DNA of 62,766 nt, the filler included, from Choristocarpus tenellus KU-1152 (Eukaryota > Protista > Phaeophyceae): NCBI GenBank assembly GCA_964200185.2. It is 12 parts of 12 records of this genome, joined end to end, with 100 filler letters (N's around TTAATTAATTAA, not from the genome) between each part and the next. Parts side by side here need not be neighbours in the genome. Positions count along the whole stretch, not along the records: positions 25,801 to 40,258 come from CAXNAD020001182.1; 11 more parts are not named here. One strand, 5' to 3'. Positions 26,262-37,800 of the stretch are shown one piece after another. The position numbers and the translations under genes were made by a program. Positions within the stretch are counted from its first letter, which is position 1. Every line of letters begins with the position of its first letter. Below the pieces are notes generated by a model. It worked only from the letters and a program-made list of their open reading frames with translations, was not told the DNA's origin and searched no databases.

Positions 26262-29200
26262 CTTTCACTTTAGACTAGGGGCTACCCTGAACCATGTTAG
26301 AGGCACTACACACTGCTACACTTATCATACAGACCACTGAAACTAACTTTTACATGACAACGAATTGAACTACCTTCACTTGTGCCTTGCTTCTTGCACA
26401 ATGGATTCAGCCACCCCACCGCTCGTTGCTTGTCCTATTTCCTCAAATCTTGTCTTGGACCCGGGTTGGTATCACACTGCAATGAAGCCTTATAACCTCA
26501 TTCTAGGTCTCCTAAGGCTTTGTGGTGTAGCGACAGATATGGTGGTACAGTGGTACAACCCGTTCAACTTAGCACATGGACCTAGACTGTTAATTAAACC
26601 AGAATTTAATAAATAGTCTGGCATTGATTGGGTTCGAACACATTATATTAATGGAGAAGAAAAATGTGTAGGAGATAGCTTCCATTGACCAATGAGCTAC
26701 GAGGAAGCTATTGGCACCTATTGTAGTTCGGTCATTTAGAGTGAACTGGGCAAGCGTCACGGATCGTACAGGTGTACTATCCTACCTGTCGCTACGCTAA
26801 AATATACGTCAGACCAAGAACGATGTGGTAAGGCGTCATTGTGGAGCAATGCCGAGGTGGGTACACAGCACAAGATTTGAAAGAGAGGCAGAACAACGAG
26901 CGGTGGGGTGACTGAACCCAATACGTAAGAAGCAAGGCAAGGAATAATGGAAGTACAACAAGTTGTAGTGCAACACTTAGTTACAGTAGTATATATTTAT
27001 AGTAGTGCAGTGTGTAGTGGTTCGGACCATAGGTCGATGCAGTCCTCAGATTAAAGTGAAGATGACATTGGTGATGATGACAATAATAATGATATTGATA
27101 CAGATGTTGGTATGTTGGATATAACAATGATTATATTGTAACCAAGTTCTAGTCCCTTCTGCCCACATTCTTTTCAATGCGGCATGTTGCTCCAGACTTA
27201 TGAGAGTATCCAGAAACTTAGCTTGGTGGATCGTGCATTAGTGGGTCGACTGGGTTAGTTGTTCTTGTGGAGAGAATCTGAATAGATTCCTTGATGGGAC
27301 TGGTCATACTGTGGTATTTATTATGTACAGAGTTGACAGCATTCACAGCCACCTAGCAGCAGCATAACCACTATTGACCAACGTGAACTGTGTACATGAA
27401 GTGATACTATTTTATGCTTGTACTGGGCAATTTGATTTCTAATAGTGCATTTGTGTACAGTCCTCATTTCAAGAAACATATTATGGCGTCGATGGGGTTC
27501 GAACCCTCGGAATTAATGGAGGAAGAGTTAAGTTGTTTAGTATAAACAACATCGTTGTTATTCCTTATCTCAAGAGGTGCTGGGTGGCGTGCTCATTGCG
27601 TGACCACACAAATGCCCAACTGGAAACTACTCCATCATTTTTCGGGTTCGAGCCCCATCGAAGCCAGACTTAAGTACAATCATTCTGGTTTCGAAATATC
27701 CAAGTTCCATGTAGCGAGCACTACGGATTGTTCACCTACCTGGTGTATGTATTGTCCTGTCTGTTGCTACCACAAGAACGTCGAACCAAGAGCGAGGTGG
27801 CAACCTCAAGCAGAAACCAGTAGTACAAGATTTGATGGAGAAGGTGGAGGTATCCAAGATGGAATGTCTGAATTCGATACATGAGAAACAAGGTGCACTA
27901 CTGGAGGCAGTTAAACTAATTAGAGGTAGAGTAACAGTACAGTGATTAACATTTGTTAGTATGAGGTGTAATAGTAGTTCAGTTTGTGGTTGACCTCGAC
28001 CATGGATGAGGACAATCCCCAGACTAAGGTGACGAATAATAAAGAAAATAGTAAAAAACAATCCTCAGACTAAGGTGACGAATAATGAAGAAAATAGTAA
28101 AAAACAATATTTCCAACATCACAGTTGATGTTTCTTAACTTTACTACTACTAAAGACTCTATGATACGGATCTTTAACAGTACAGTGATTAACATTTGTT
28201 AGTATGAGGAGTAATAGTAGTTCAGTTTGTGGTTGACCTCGACCATGGATCAGGACAATCCCCAGACTAAGGTGACGAATAATGAAGTAAATAGTAAAAA
28301 ACAATATTTACAACATCACAGGTGATGTTTCTTAACTTTACTACCACTAAAGACTATATGATACGGATGTTGTCTTCACTTCACTCTGGGGACTATCCCA
28401 ACCTGTCGTCAGAGGCGTTCCACACTGCACTACTTCTCATACGAACTAATGAGACTATCTCGTGCACTAGCACTAATTGTACTGACCCTTTTCCTGCGCC
28501 TTGCCAATACTTGCCACTCCCCCTCCACCCTCAAAGTTTGTCCTGGAATTATCTCAACATTGCTACTTCATTCTAGGTCCAGCATTTTTTGTGGTATAGC
28601 GACAAACAGGACAGTTAGGGGTATACAAATCCATTATACTAACCACATGGACTTCGAATAATTCAAACAAGATTTCGTGAATAGAAGTCTGTGTCCATGA
28701 GTTTTGAACCCGCAAAGAGGAAGACTCTTGTTAACGACTGACCCACGAGAACGCTCCTGTAGTCACTCGTCAAAAATATGCTATTAAAAAATTAAAGTGG
28801 GGGTCCATACCTGCCTCTGTGAGTAGTTTCACGTGGTGGTTGCTATTGCGCTCTATGACACCAAACGGCAAGCTGCGTGATCTGTTCACTTTTCCTAACC
28901 CTAACCCTGACCCTAAACCGAGATCGAGAAGGTGTGGAGCGCCACAAGTCGAGGCCTTAAGGCCCTCCCGTTGGCAAGGATATTTTTCGGAGTAAAGATT
29001 ACTGCAAATATTTACATATTACTTCACCTTGATCTGAAGACTATCCTGACCTGTGTTGAGAGCCACCACTACACATTGAACTACTTCTCATAAAACTACA
29101 ATGTAGTACCAGCTAACTGTTGTACTAGGACTAATTGTGCATTGTAGTTGTCACGTGGAAAGAGATAGTTCAAACAAGATTCCCTCAGTAAGAAGTCTGG

Positions 29201-29282
29201 CATCAACTGTGTTACAGGGTTCGAGCCAGCAAAATTCATACAACCAACAAGCTCCTCAACCACCAACCCACGAGCAACTACG
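26262..29282. mobile_element. Cluster of tRNA-derived SINE copies (~450 bp unit)
   Basis: Approximate copies: 26262-26715(-), 26745-27100(+, 5'-truncated), head only 27484-27535(-), 27583-28060(+) with a duplicated 3' end to ~28365, 28372-28762(-), 29021-29282(-). Heads carry A-box-like TAGCTCATTGG and B-box GGTTCGA[A/G]CCC. The copies share a body, a CAGA[C/T]TAA[A/G]GTGA 3' end and an AAT/GAT tail. Confidence 0.7.
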
Positions 29283-29310
29283 AATTGAACCATTTCAACA
29301 ATAACGGCAA

Positions 29311-29569
29311 GAGTGAAAATATCTTATAGGGTACGGGTTTTGCCCTGTTTGTCCAGTTGGGGCTTGACTTCCCACGTTTTTTTAATGACATTTTACCTAC
29401 TCCAAAATGTTTCGGAGTAGGTAAAATGTATACTTTATGAAAAGGTGTGTCCGCAACCAGGATATCGGCACTTCCTAACTAACACGATAGCCAAAATTAC
29501 ATCACAACTGCAACACTGGATTTTGGTCCCCAAGCGGACGCGGCTCTACCCTCTAAGATACCTTGACTC
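29311..29569 (-). mobile_element. MITE family A
   Basis: TIRs GAGTGAAAATATCTTATAGGGTA / TACCCTCTAAGATACCTTGACTC. Internal hairpin CATTTTACCTACTCC-AAAATGTTTC-GGAGTAGGTAAAATG. Confidence 0.92.
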
Positions 29570-29849
29570 ATTTATTTTCTTTCACACATCTTTCCACATA
29601 CTACAGGTAGGTATAGTTTTTACAAGGAAGGTGATTATATGAAAATAAACAAGATAGCATGGGGGAGATATGAAAATAGTCAAACATATCCACTGGATCA
29701 CCTACTTTCCTCTAGGGATGGGTACTGATGTCTTCATAATCCTTGAGAGTGGACAATTTCAACGACCTTACAGTACAAGCGATTTTGATAATGGGTTTGA
29801 CTTAATGGGGAAGGAATTTGAGATAAATCTTACTTGAGAAAACTTCTAA

Positions 29850-30109
29850 GAGTGAAACTATCTTAGAGGGTACGAATTTTTCCCTGTTTATCCATTTGTG
29901 GGGCTTGGCTTCCCATGGGTTTTTTAATGACATTTTCCGACTCCAAAATATTTCGGAGTAGATAAAATGTATACGTTATGAAAGGTGTGTCGGAAACATA
30001 GATATTGACACTTCCTATCAAACACAATAGCGAAAATGACATCAAAATCACAACATTGTATTTTGACCCCCAAATGGATGCGGCTCTACCCTCTAAGATA
30101 CTTTGACTC
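29850..30109 (-). mobile_element. MITE family A
   Basis: TIRs present. Perfect 4-bp TSD CTAA. Confidence 0.93.
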
Positions 30110-31826
30110 CTAACTCATGACATTTATACTCACAATCTCAAACCAGACATCTCCAGAAATGCATCGTGCAATGTTGCTTGGTATGCAAAAGAAGGAGCAC
30201 TCCAACAAACCAGAGTTATCCTCCGATTTAGTTCCTACTTGCTAGGGGTCATGTTATGCATGTCTCAAAGTACATAAAAAAAGATAAATATATGAACGCA
30301 CAATAATATACTAAGCTGTAGGATCTATCTAGTGTGGTGTACTCCAAACTATTCTGGTTGAAGTTTTATCGTAGTTGTGCAAATGCGGTGTTCACTGCCT
30401 TCAGGAGTCATAATGGTATAAACATGATTAGCATAGTCCAAGAAAAGGGGGATGTATCAAAAGTCTAGCTAATTCATCGTACTGCAGATTTCTATATATA
30501 TATTTGTAGCATGTTAGTATCATGGGGACAATTTCTACAAGGCCAGTAACCACTCCCAACGGCCAGGAATAAAGGGGTTACTACATAAATGAAACAAATA
30601 CAAATTTCAGTTGAAATGGGGGCAATATAGCTTTCCTCCAGGATGGCACGGACCACCAGCTTCAGTAGAGCAGTAGAGCTATCTCCCTAGTTGTAGTAGT
30701 AGTAGTAGTGTACCTCTTTCTTGTGCCCTATACTCCTTGCTACATACATACATAGATATACAACACAGTGACTCTCCTTTCTTTGCCACCCCCATCATCC
30801 ATGCATTGGGTGCCCCCTAGCATCAATGGAGACCTTGCTTGGAGGTAATCTAAAATCCTTTGACCCTCTTGATCCTATCTAAAATGCACGGAGTCTTGCT
30901 TGAACAGAATAGAAAGTGACACTTGAATTTGAGAGTGAGACTCCCTGCGGCTGGTGGTTGCTCTGATGATTGATCTGTCTTGTGTCTTATCAGTATCGAT
31001 AAACACAGAAGTAGATGAACAAAAATACCATCCAAACAGTGCATTATCATTATCATTTATCACTATCATTTCTCAACGCACAGACTACTAAAAACGATTC
31101 AACAAGTTGCCTAACTGTCTTCTTCATCACCAAATGCAGAGTACATGGAGTAAAAAATTCAGGAGATGCACCATGATAATAAATGTACACACGTTCATAC
31201 CTCTCTCTGTATGCTATATATATATACACAGCGGTATACAATTTCATACAAAAAAAACTGCACACAGACAAAGCACGATACCCTGTCCTGCTCCCTCTTT
31301 CGAACGAGCTGGAAACAACTCATCCCATTGCTCAAACCTTGCATCTGTGAAGCATGTGGTAGTATTTGGTATGTGTAGTACGATATCGTATTTCCTTTCT
31401 ACACACTGCCACTAGCTACATGATAGGCCCAATCAAGAGTGAACCCTGATTGCCTGCCACTCCACACCAGATGGAATGATTGAGGGCTGCTACCTCACAC
31501 ACACCAAGGTAAAGTAGAAAGTTGAGGGGTAATGTAGCCCGTGATACAAGTCTGCTGTGCATGGTTCAATAGGCAGTTGTAAGCATCCCCTGCTCCACAA
31601 ATACTGCAACCAAGGGAAATACACACACTGTGTGGGTGAGATCCTCTTATACACAAGAACTAGAATGTACCTCTGCCATAGCATTCCAACCATACAGTGT
31701 TCACATCTTCACTTGGTATCTTGCACAGGCCACGTAGAAATACTCCAAAGGAAAACTTTGATATTTACAAACAGATGGAAGTGGGCACAAAAGAGCTGAC
31801 TGAGAGACATAATCACCCATGTCGCT

Positions 31827-34800
31827 TCACCCAGCAAGAGATCGCCTGATTGCCTCCATCATCTCAGCACCATCAAACTCCCCTCCACCTGATGGTGCAG
31901 GGGCAGCCTGCTGTGGGGACAATAATAAGGAGGAGGAAAATCAAGGTGTAGGACAAGATGAACAAGTTGCTCTGAAAATATTGTTTTCGCAAAGTGAGCA
32001 GCATTCCAATGCCTATTCGTCCAATTCCCTGGCTTGGTGGACCACCGGGGACTGTCAGTTGTTCCAACCCGAAGATCAACCATGATGCATCTCACTGAGT
32101 GTTGAAATCATTTCAAGACTAAGTCTGTACAGAAATTACAATTCACACTACACTTCATCCCCCAAAGTTGAACTGTTCTTGGTAGGAATTGTAGTCCCCA
32201 GTATCAATGACGTAGCCAGGATTGATTAGATGGCACAGTGGATAATATCGATACTGCATTGCATTCGTTCAAAGTTTAGTCTGGCTTCGTCCCCTCATTA
32301 CATGGAACAAGGTGCATGTAGATGTGGCCCTTAGAGATACTTCCATATGTGTACACGCTCACACACATTGATTACATCAAGCTTGGTTCAACATAAGCTT
32401 TCTTTATCACTTCACTTTTGGTAGGCATCAATATGTGTGTGGGGTTCAGTATTCCCTGGCTCATGAACCTAGAGTCAAACAGGAGATACGCCATGTCAAA
32501 CAGTGCAAGTAGGTCATGATGGAACACATTGTTGGCCTATTTGCCGAGGGGTGCAAATCCTGCTTACCGAGACCTCCAGGTTGTTGTTGGTTGTGACCTT
32601 CTCCATCAGTTCATTCCAAAGCTCGGTCCACTCCCTCACCACCACATCAAAGTGGTTCTTATCAACAGTACAGAATACAAGGACAGACCGCAGTGGGATG
32701 CGAGCCACCCCATCCCTGTCCGGCCATCCCTGAAAGTTGCCGTAAGACAGATCCTGTGTGGAGTGAAAGTATCTTAGAGGGTGTGAGTTTTGCTCTCTTT
32801 GCCCGTTTGGGTCTTAGCTTCCCACGTGTTTTTTATGGCATTTTTCTTACTCCGGAATGTTTTGGAGTAGCTAAAATGTATACGTTATTAAAAGGTGTGT
32901 CTGAACAAGGATATTTATACTTCCTAACAAATACAATAGCCAAAATTATATCAAAATCGCAACATTGGATTTTGGCCCCCAAACGGACGCGGCTCTACCC
33001 TCTAAGATACTTTGTCTCATGTGCTACCAAAACAGAGTAAGACTGAGGCAGGGGGTAGGACAGGGCTGACCCTGAGAAACTCATAGGGCATCCATCCAGA
33101 AGAACCCTCCGCAGGACAGTACGGGTTGGATACTGAATCAAAAGAAGAGAGTTTTTAGGCAAAAGGTTTACCCTTACCTGAATTTCGCCATCCCCTTCCC
33201 TTATCTGCTGGCACGACTCCAGAGCCACTCCAAACACCCACCCAATGGCCCCTCCCCCATCCATGTTGGGCTGACTGGAGCGGTTGATCTGCAGGGTGTC
33301 CTCCATCTGATAGGTGAAGGTTTTCACAGAGGAGAAGCAAGGACACAAGTGTGGGACTTGCAGTGCTCTTTTAAAAAATACAATCATCATATATTTGCAG
33401 AGAAGAACGCTTTCAGGAAATGACTTGCAGTGCTCTTTGTAGAGTGAAAGTATCTTAGAGGGTACGAATTTTTCTCTGTTTGTCCATTTGGGGCTTGGCT
33501 TCCCACGGGTTCTAACGGCATTTGACCTACTCCAAAACATATACATTATGAAAAGGTGTGTCCGGAACAAGGATACTGACATTTCCTAACAAACACGATA
33601 GCCAAAATTACATCAAAATTGTAACATTGGGTTTTGGTCCCAAATGGACGCGGCTCTAAACTCTAAGATACTTTGACTCTGTTAGAATACAATCATCATG
33701 TATGTGCAGAGAAGAATGTTGTCAGGAAATCACTTACAGTGCTCTCTGTTAGAATATAGTCGCCATGTATGTGCAGAGAAGAATGCTTGTCAGGAAATAG
33801 ACACTAGCTGGCACACTACTTGATCACATTTTCTCCCTACCGTGCTTGAAGCATGAGTGTTTCCAAGACCATTGGCATGGTCTGTCTGTGCCTGCAATTG
33901 TTATAGTTCTTGTGACTGGTGTGTATTTTCAAGTACAAATTGCACATAATTTCAAGTACTTGATGTATTCCCACAGTGTGCTTGCTTCCCTCATCTTGTT
34001 GCATCCTCTGGGGGACACACACACTCATTGTACATTTTCCATTTGTGTCCACATCATACATGGGTGCATGGGTCCAATATAACAAAGTACAGAGACAAGC
34101 TGGTAGATATCACAATGTAAAGTGTGCTGAGTACATCTATCTGAACTTACTCACCTCTGTGCCCTGCGAGTCAATCCCAAGGAGCTTCAGGCCCTCTGCA
34201 CGGGCAAGACGGCCCAGAATTACCAGCCCACGGTCAATAGAGCCCGTTCCATCACCTGTGAGGGTTTCCAGGGCATTACGGCCGGCCGACACCCCCCCCC
34301 TACCCCCAGCCAGCCTTGAGAGGTACCCCATGGCCTTTCCGATGTCCAGGTGGAACTGGTCCGACTGAAGGGGATTAGAGAGGGAATTGATCAAGTCCGG
34401 AAGAGTGGTTGGTCCCCTTGGGCAGAACGTGGATGGGAGAGCCAGAACAGATGTATACCATTGAAATTTGCATTTCACACCTGCCAGGAACCTTGCCAGG
34501 GAGATCTCATGTGCATCTTTGTATGGTCCAGCCACCAATGGCTACATAGAACTAACTATATCTACATAGGTCCAGTACCCAAGAGTAAACTCTTACATTG
34601 CAGAGGTCACACGTTAAGGACCGCATCACCTACGCAATGAGTTCATATTCTGGAAGACCAGTCTGGCTCAGCAAACACTTGGGGCAGAAGGTCTTTCTTG
34701 TGGGGTCAAGGCAAGGAGACACTCATCAGTGTGCTCTATCGTCTATGCACACCAATCCACCACGTGTAGCTCTCTATCAAGCATGATGTGTGGAAATGTC

Positions 34801-37800
34801 ATGGATCACACACACACACACACACACACACAGAATGCAATACAGAGAGTTTGGCAAGGTCAAGTGAACACTCCAACACACTGCAACATGAGTTCATTTC
34901 ACTTCAAGGACATTAGGAGTTGAAACCCACATTCTCCCTTTCCCCATTCACTTCAAGGACACTAGGAGTTGAAACCCACATTCTCCCTCTCCCCATTCAC
35001 AAGGAAGGGGATGTGGCACAAGGTCTTGGTCCTGGCCATGATGCGACCTCCAAGTGTTGCTGGATCCATTGCCAGTTCAATTGCAATTGTCATCATCACT
35101 GCTCGGTAGAAGCAGTTCCCGTCTGACCTGCAGGGCACTACTATCCTCTGTAGTCTCGTGACAATTTTTTCGGGGGCGTACACCCCAGCCCTCTCATACC
35201 AGACCCCATTGAGTTTCATGTTCAGGGTATAGTCGATCTGTGACAAAGGTAGAACTTGATGGGATAAGTCATAGTCTTCTTGTGAATACGTGGGTCCCCG
35301 GCCTATTAATAGAACATGCATGCAATTTGAATATCCAAGGATGGGCGGTGGTAGCGGCAGGTGTGTGGCCCTTGTGAGGGACATCAAGCAATGCTATGGG
35401 CCTCAAGTGTGCTCAGTTAGAAATGGTATTGCCGCGTCTGCACCACGCCACTCTATGGCTGGTGGTTCTCAAGCTCTTCTGTCACCTCTTCTGCCAAATA
35501 GTATAAATAGCTTGTACAAGGTTCCACATGGTGGAATTCAGGCTTTGTGCCACCCATGTCATCCAAGCAACCTCCCAACCCCATATCTATTAAATGCTAC
35601 AAGTTGTTCCTATGTAACTCCCTCCTCAACCTCTTGCATTTTCTTTACATCCATTTTCACCCTGATCAAATCCAGACAGAGTCTAACTGGTTTTGCAGAC
35701 TTACCATCAAGTCAGGGTCTGTTACGAACATGTCATCACCACCTTCCTCCCCTCCCCCCTCTCCACCCTTACTCCCCTCCTCCCCTGCCTCCTCCACTCC
35801 ACCCTCTCCACCCTTGCTCTCCTCCTCCCCTGCCTCCTCCACTCCACCCTCTCCACCCTTGCTCTCCTCATCCCCTCCACCCTCTCCACCCTTGTTCTCC
35901 TCATCCTCCGCCTCCTCCCCTCCACCCTCTCCACCCTTGCTCTCCTCATTCCCTGCCTCCTCCACTCCCATCCTACCCAGGACATTGGTATTTGTCCCCA
36001 CCACCTGGGCTTCCCCCCTTTGGAAGAGGATCAAGGAAATCACAGCACCAATACACAGAAATGGGGTAGATGCATCTCAGAGGGAGGGATGAAACTGCTC
36101 ACTTCCCTGCTGCACTAGTGAACATGGGTGGCATAAATGAGTCATTTGCATCACCTGAATGTGTGAGGTTACAATCGGGGGTTGGTCCTTTATCACAGCA
36201 CCAATGATCTCAACCCCCAACCCAACCAACATGTTTGCTCCCAACCATCACCATTTTACATCAACCTTACTCTTGCGTGTGTAAATGGTCATGGCAGAAG
36301 CCACTCACAAGAAAACAGAGCAAAATACAGTTACATTTCCATACTCCATACACTATGGTGTACCTGCCATAACCACTCCCTCCCACACCCATCTACCAGA
36401 ACCACACCATACACCTTCAAACAAGGGCGGACCCTTTGGCTAGTCACTGCACTCACATCTCATCCATCAACCTGCACCACAGCTCCCCATCATTGATACA
36501 ATGCTGATGTATGTACGCCACACTCTCTTCCAGGAGTCCATGCTTTCTGTCAACGTCCTCCTCCTGAGTCGTCACAATTGACAGGTGGGGGGATGCTGGT
36601 TCAGGGCCCAACCTAGGGTCATTTAGGGCTTGGAGTAGAGTCATTCTGTCAAATTGAACAATGAGTTGAATCAGATTCAGAGCAGATGTCTCCCTTAGAC
36701 TTGATTTCTTCCTGCCTATCCTGCCGTACCATCTCTTTCAATCTTGTCTCTGTCCCTATCAATGTTGTCTGGGCCTTTGTCAAGCTTGTCTGCATTGATA
36801 CAAACAGCACAAAAGCTGCCCCAAGCACCATGTTCTGCAGAAACACCTGATGCATAACCCAGGGTAGAAGAACAAAGACCGTGTTTGTGCATGTGTGTGT
36901 GTGTGTGTGTGTGTTTGTAAGTGTTTGTTTGTTCCCAAAGAGCAGTTACATAGCACCCTTTGTTTCAATGTGCAGCCCTGAATAAGCTTGTGAGATGTAA
37001 TTGATTTGGATTCAAGTTCAATGATAATTTTGTTTTTGAAGCCTCAAGAGTGAAATTATCTTAGTGGGTATGAGGTTTGCCCTACTTGTCCATTTGGAGC
37101 TTGGTGTCCCACGTTTTTTGTATGACATTTTCCTACCCCAAAATGTGTCGGAGTAGGTAAAATGTGTATGATATGAAAAGTTGTGTCCAGAATAAGGATA
37201 TTGACGTTTCCTAACAAACAAGATAGCGAAAAATAAATGAAAATTGCAACATTGGATTTTGACCCCCGAATGGATGCAGCTCTACCCTCTAAGGTACTTT
37301 GACTCTCAAGAGCAATGTAATGAGACAGGCATATGGGTATCAAGAATAGACTCTTCCCAATATGGATGGATGTTGCATTAACTGGACATTGGAGAGGGAG
37401 GGGATGAGAATTGTTACTGAAGAACCAAAACAAACATGTCAGTAGCAAGAATGTGTGTGTGCACCAGGCAAAGGTTCTATTTTGGACCTTCCTGTATCGC
37501 TTTCTCTCTATAAAGAGTTTTATCACAATTGTAATGAATCCAAACTGAATAGGGTAGTCCCCTCTGAGTGTGATGGAATGACTGTTATGTGTTTTGCTTG
37601 TGTGTTGAGAGGGTTGGTTAGGAGAGAGCATATCTCTACTGGCAGGTGTAGAATTCAAAACATCCATAACAATTGTTGTGTCTCATGTTGATTGCAATTG
37701 TCTGGGAAGTGACTGGGGGTGGGGGTCAGGTGGGTGGATTAGTAAACTGGCCTTGGGAATAAGGAGGGTGCAAGGGAGGTATGTAGGAGAAGGTGACGGA

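Noticed and set aside
26620-26715. tRNA genes at the GGTTCGA motifs
   Set aside because: No complete cloverleaf is present, and the motifs are attached to a shared repeat body, so they are treated as SINE heads.
33358-33798. Repeat arrays as CRISPR-like loci (also 58478-59449)
   Set aside because: The units are contiguous degenerate tandem repeats without unique spacers. There are no cas genes and the context is eukaryotic.
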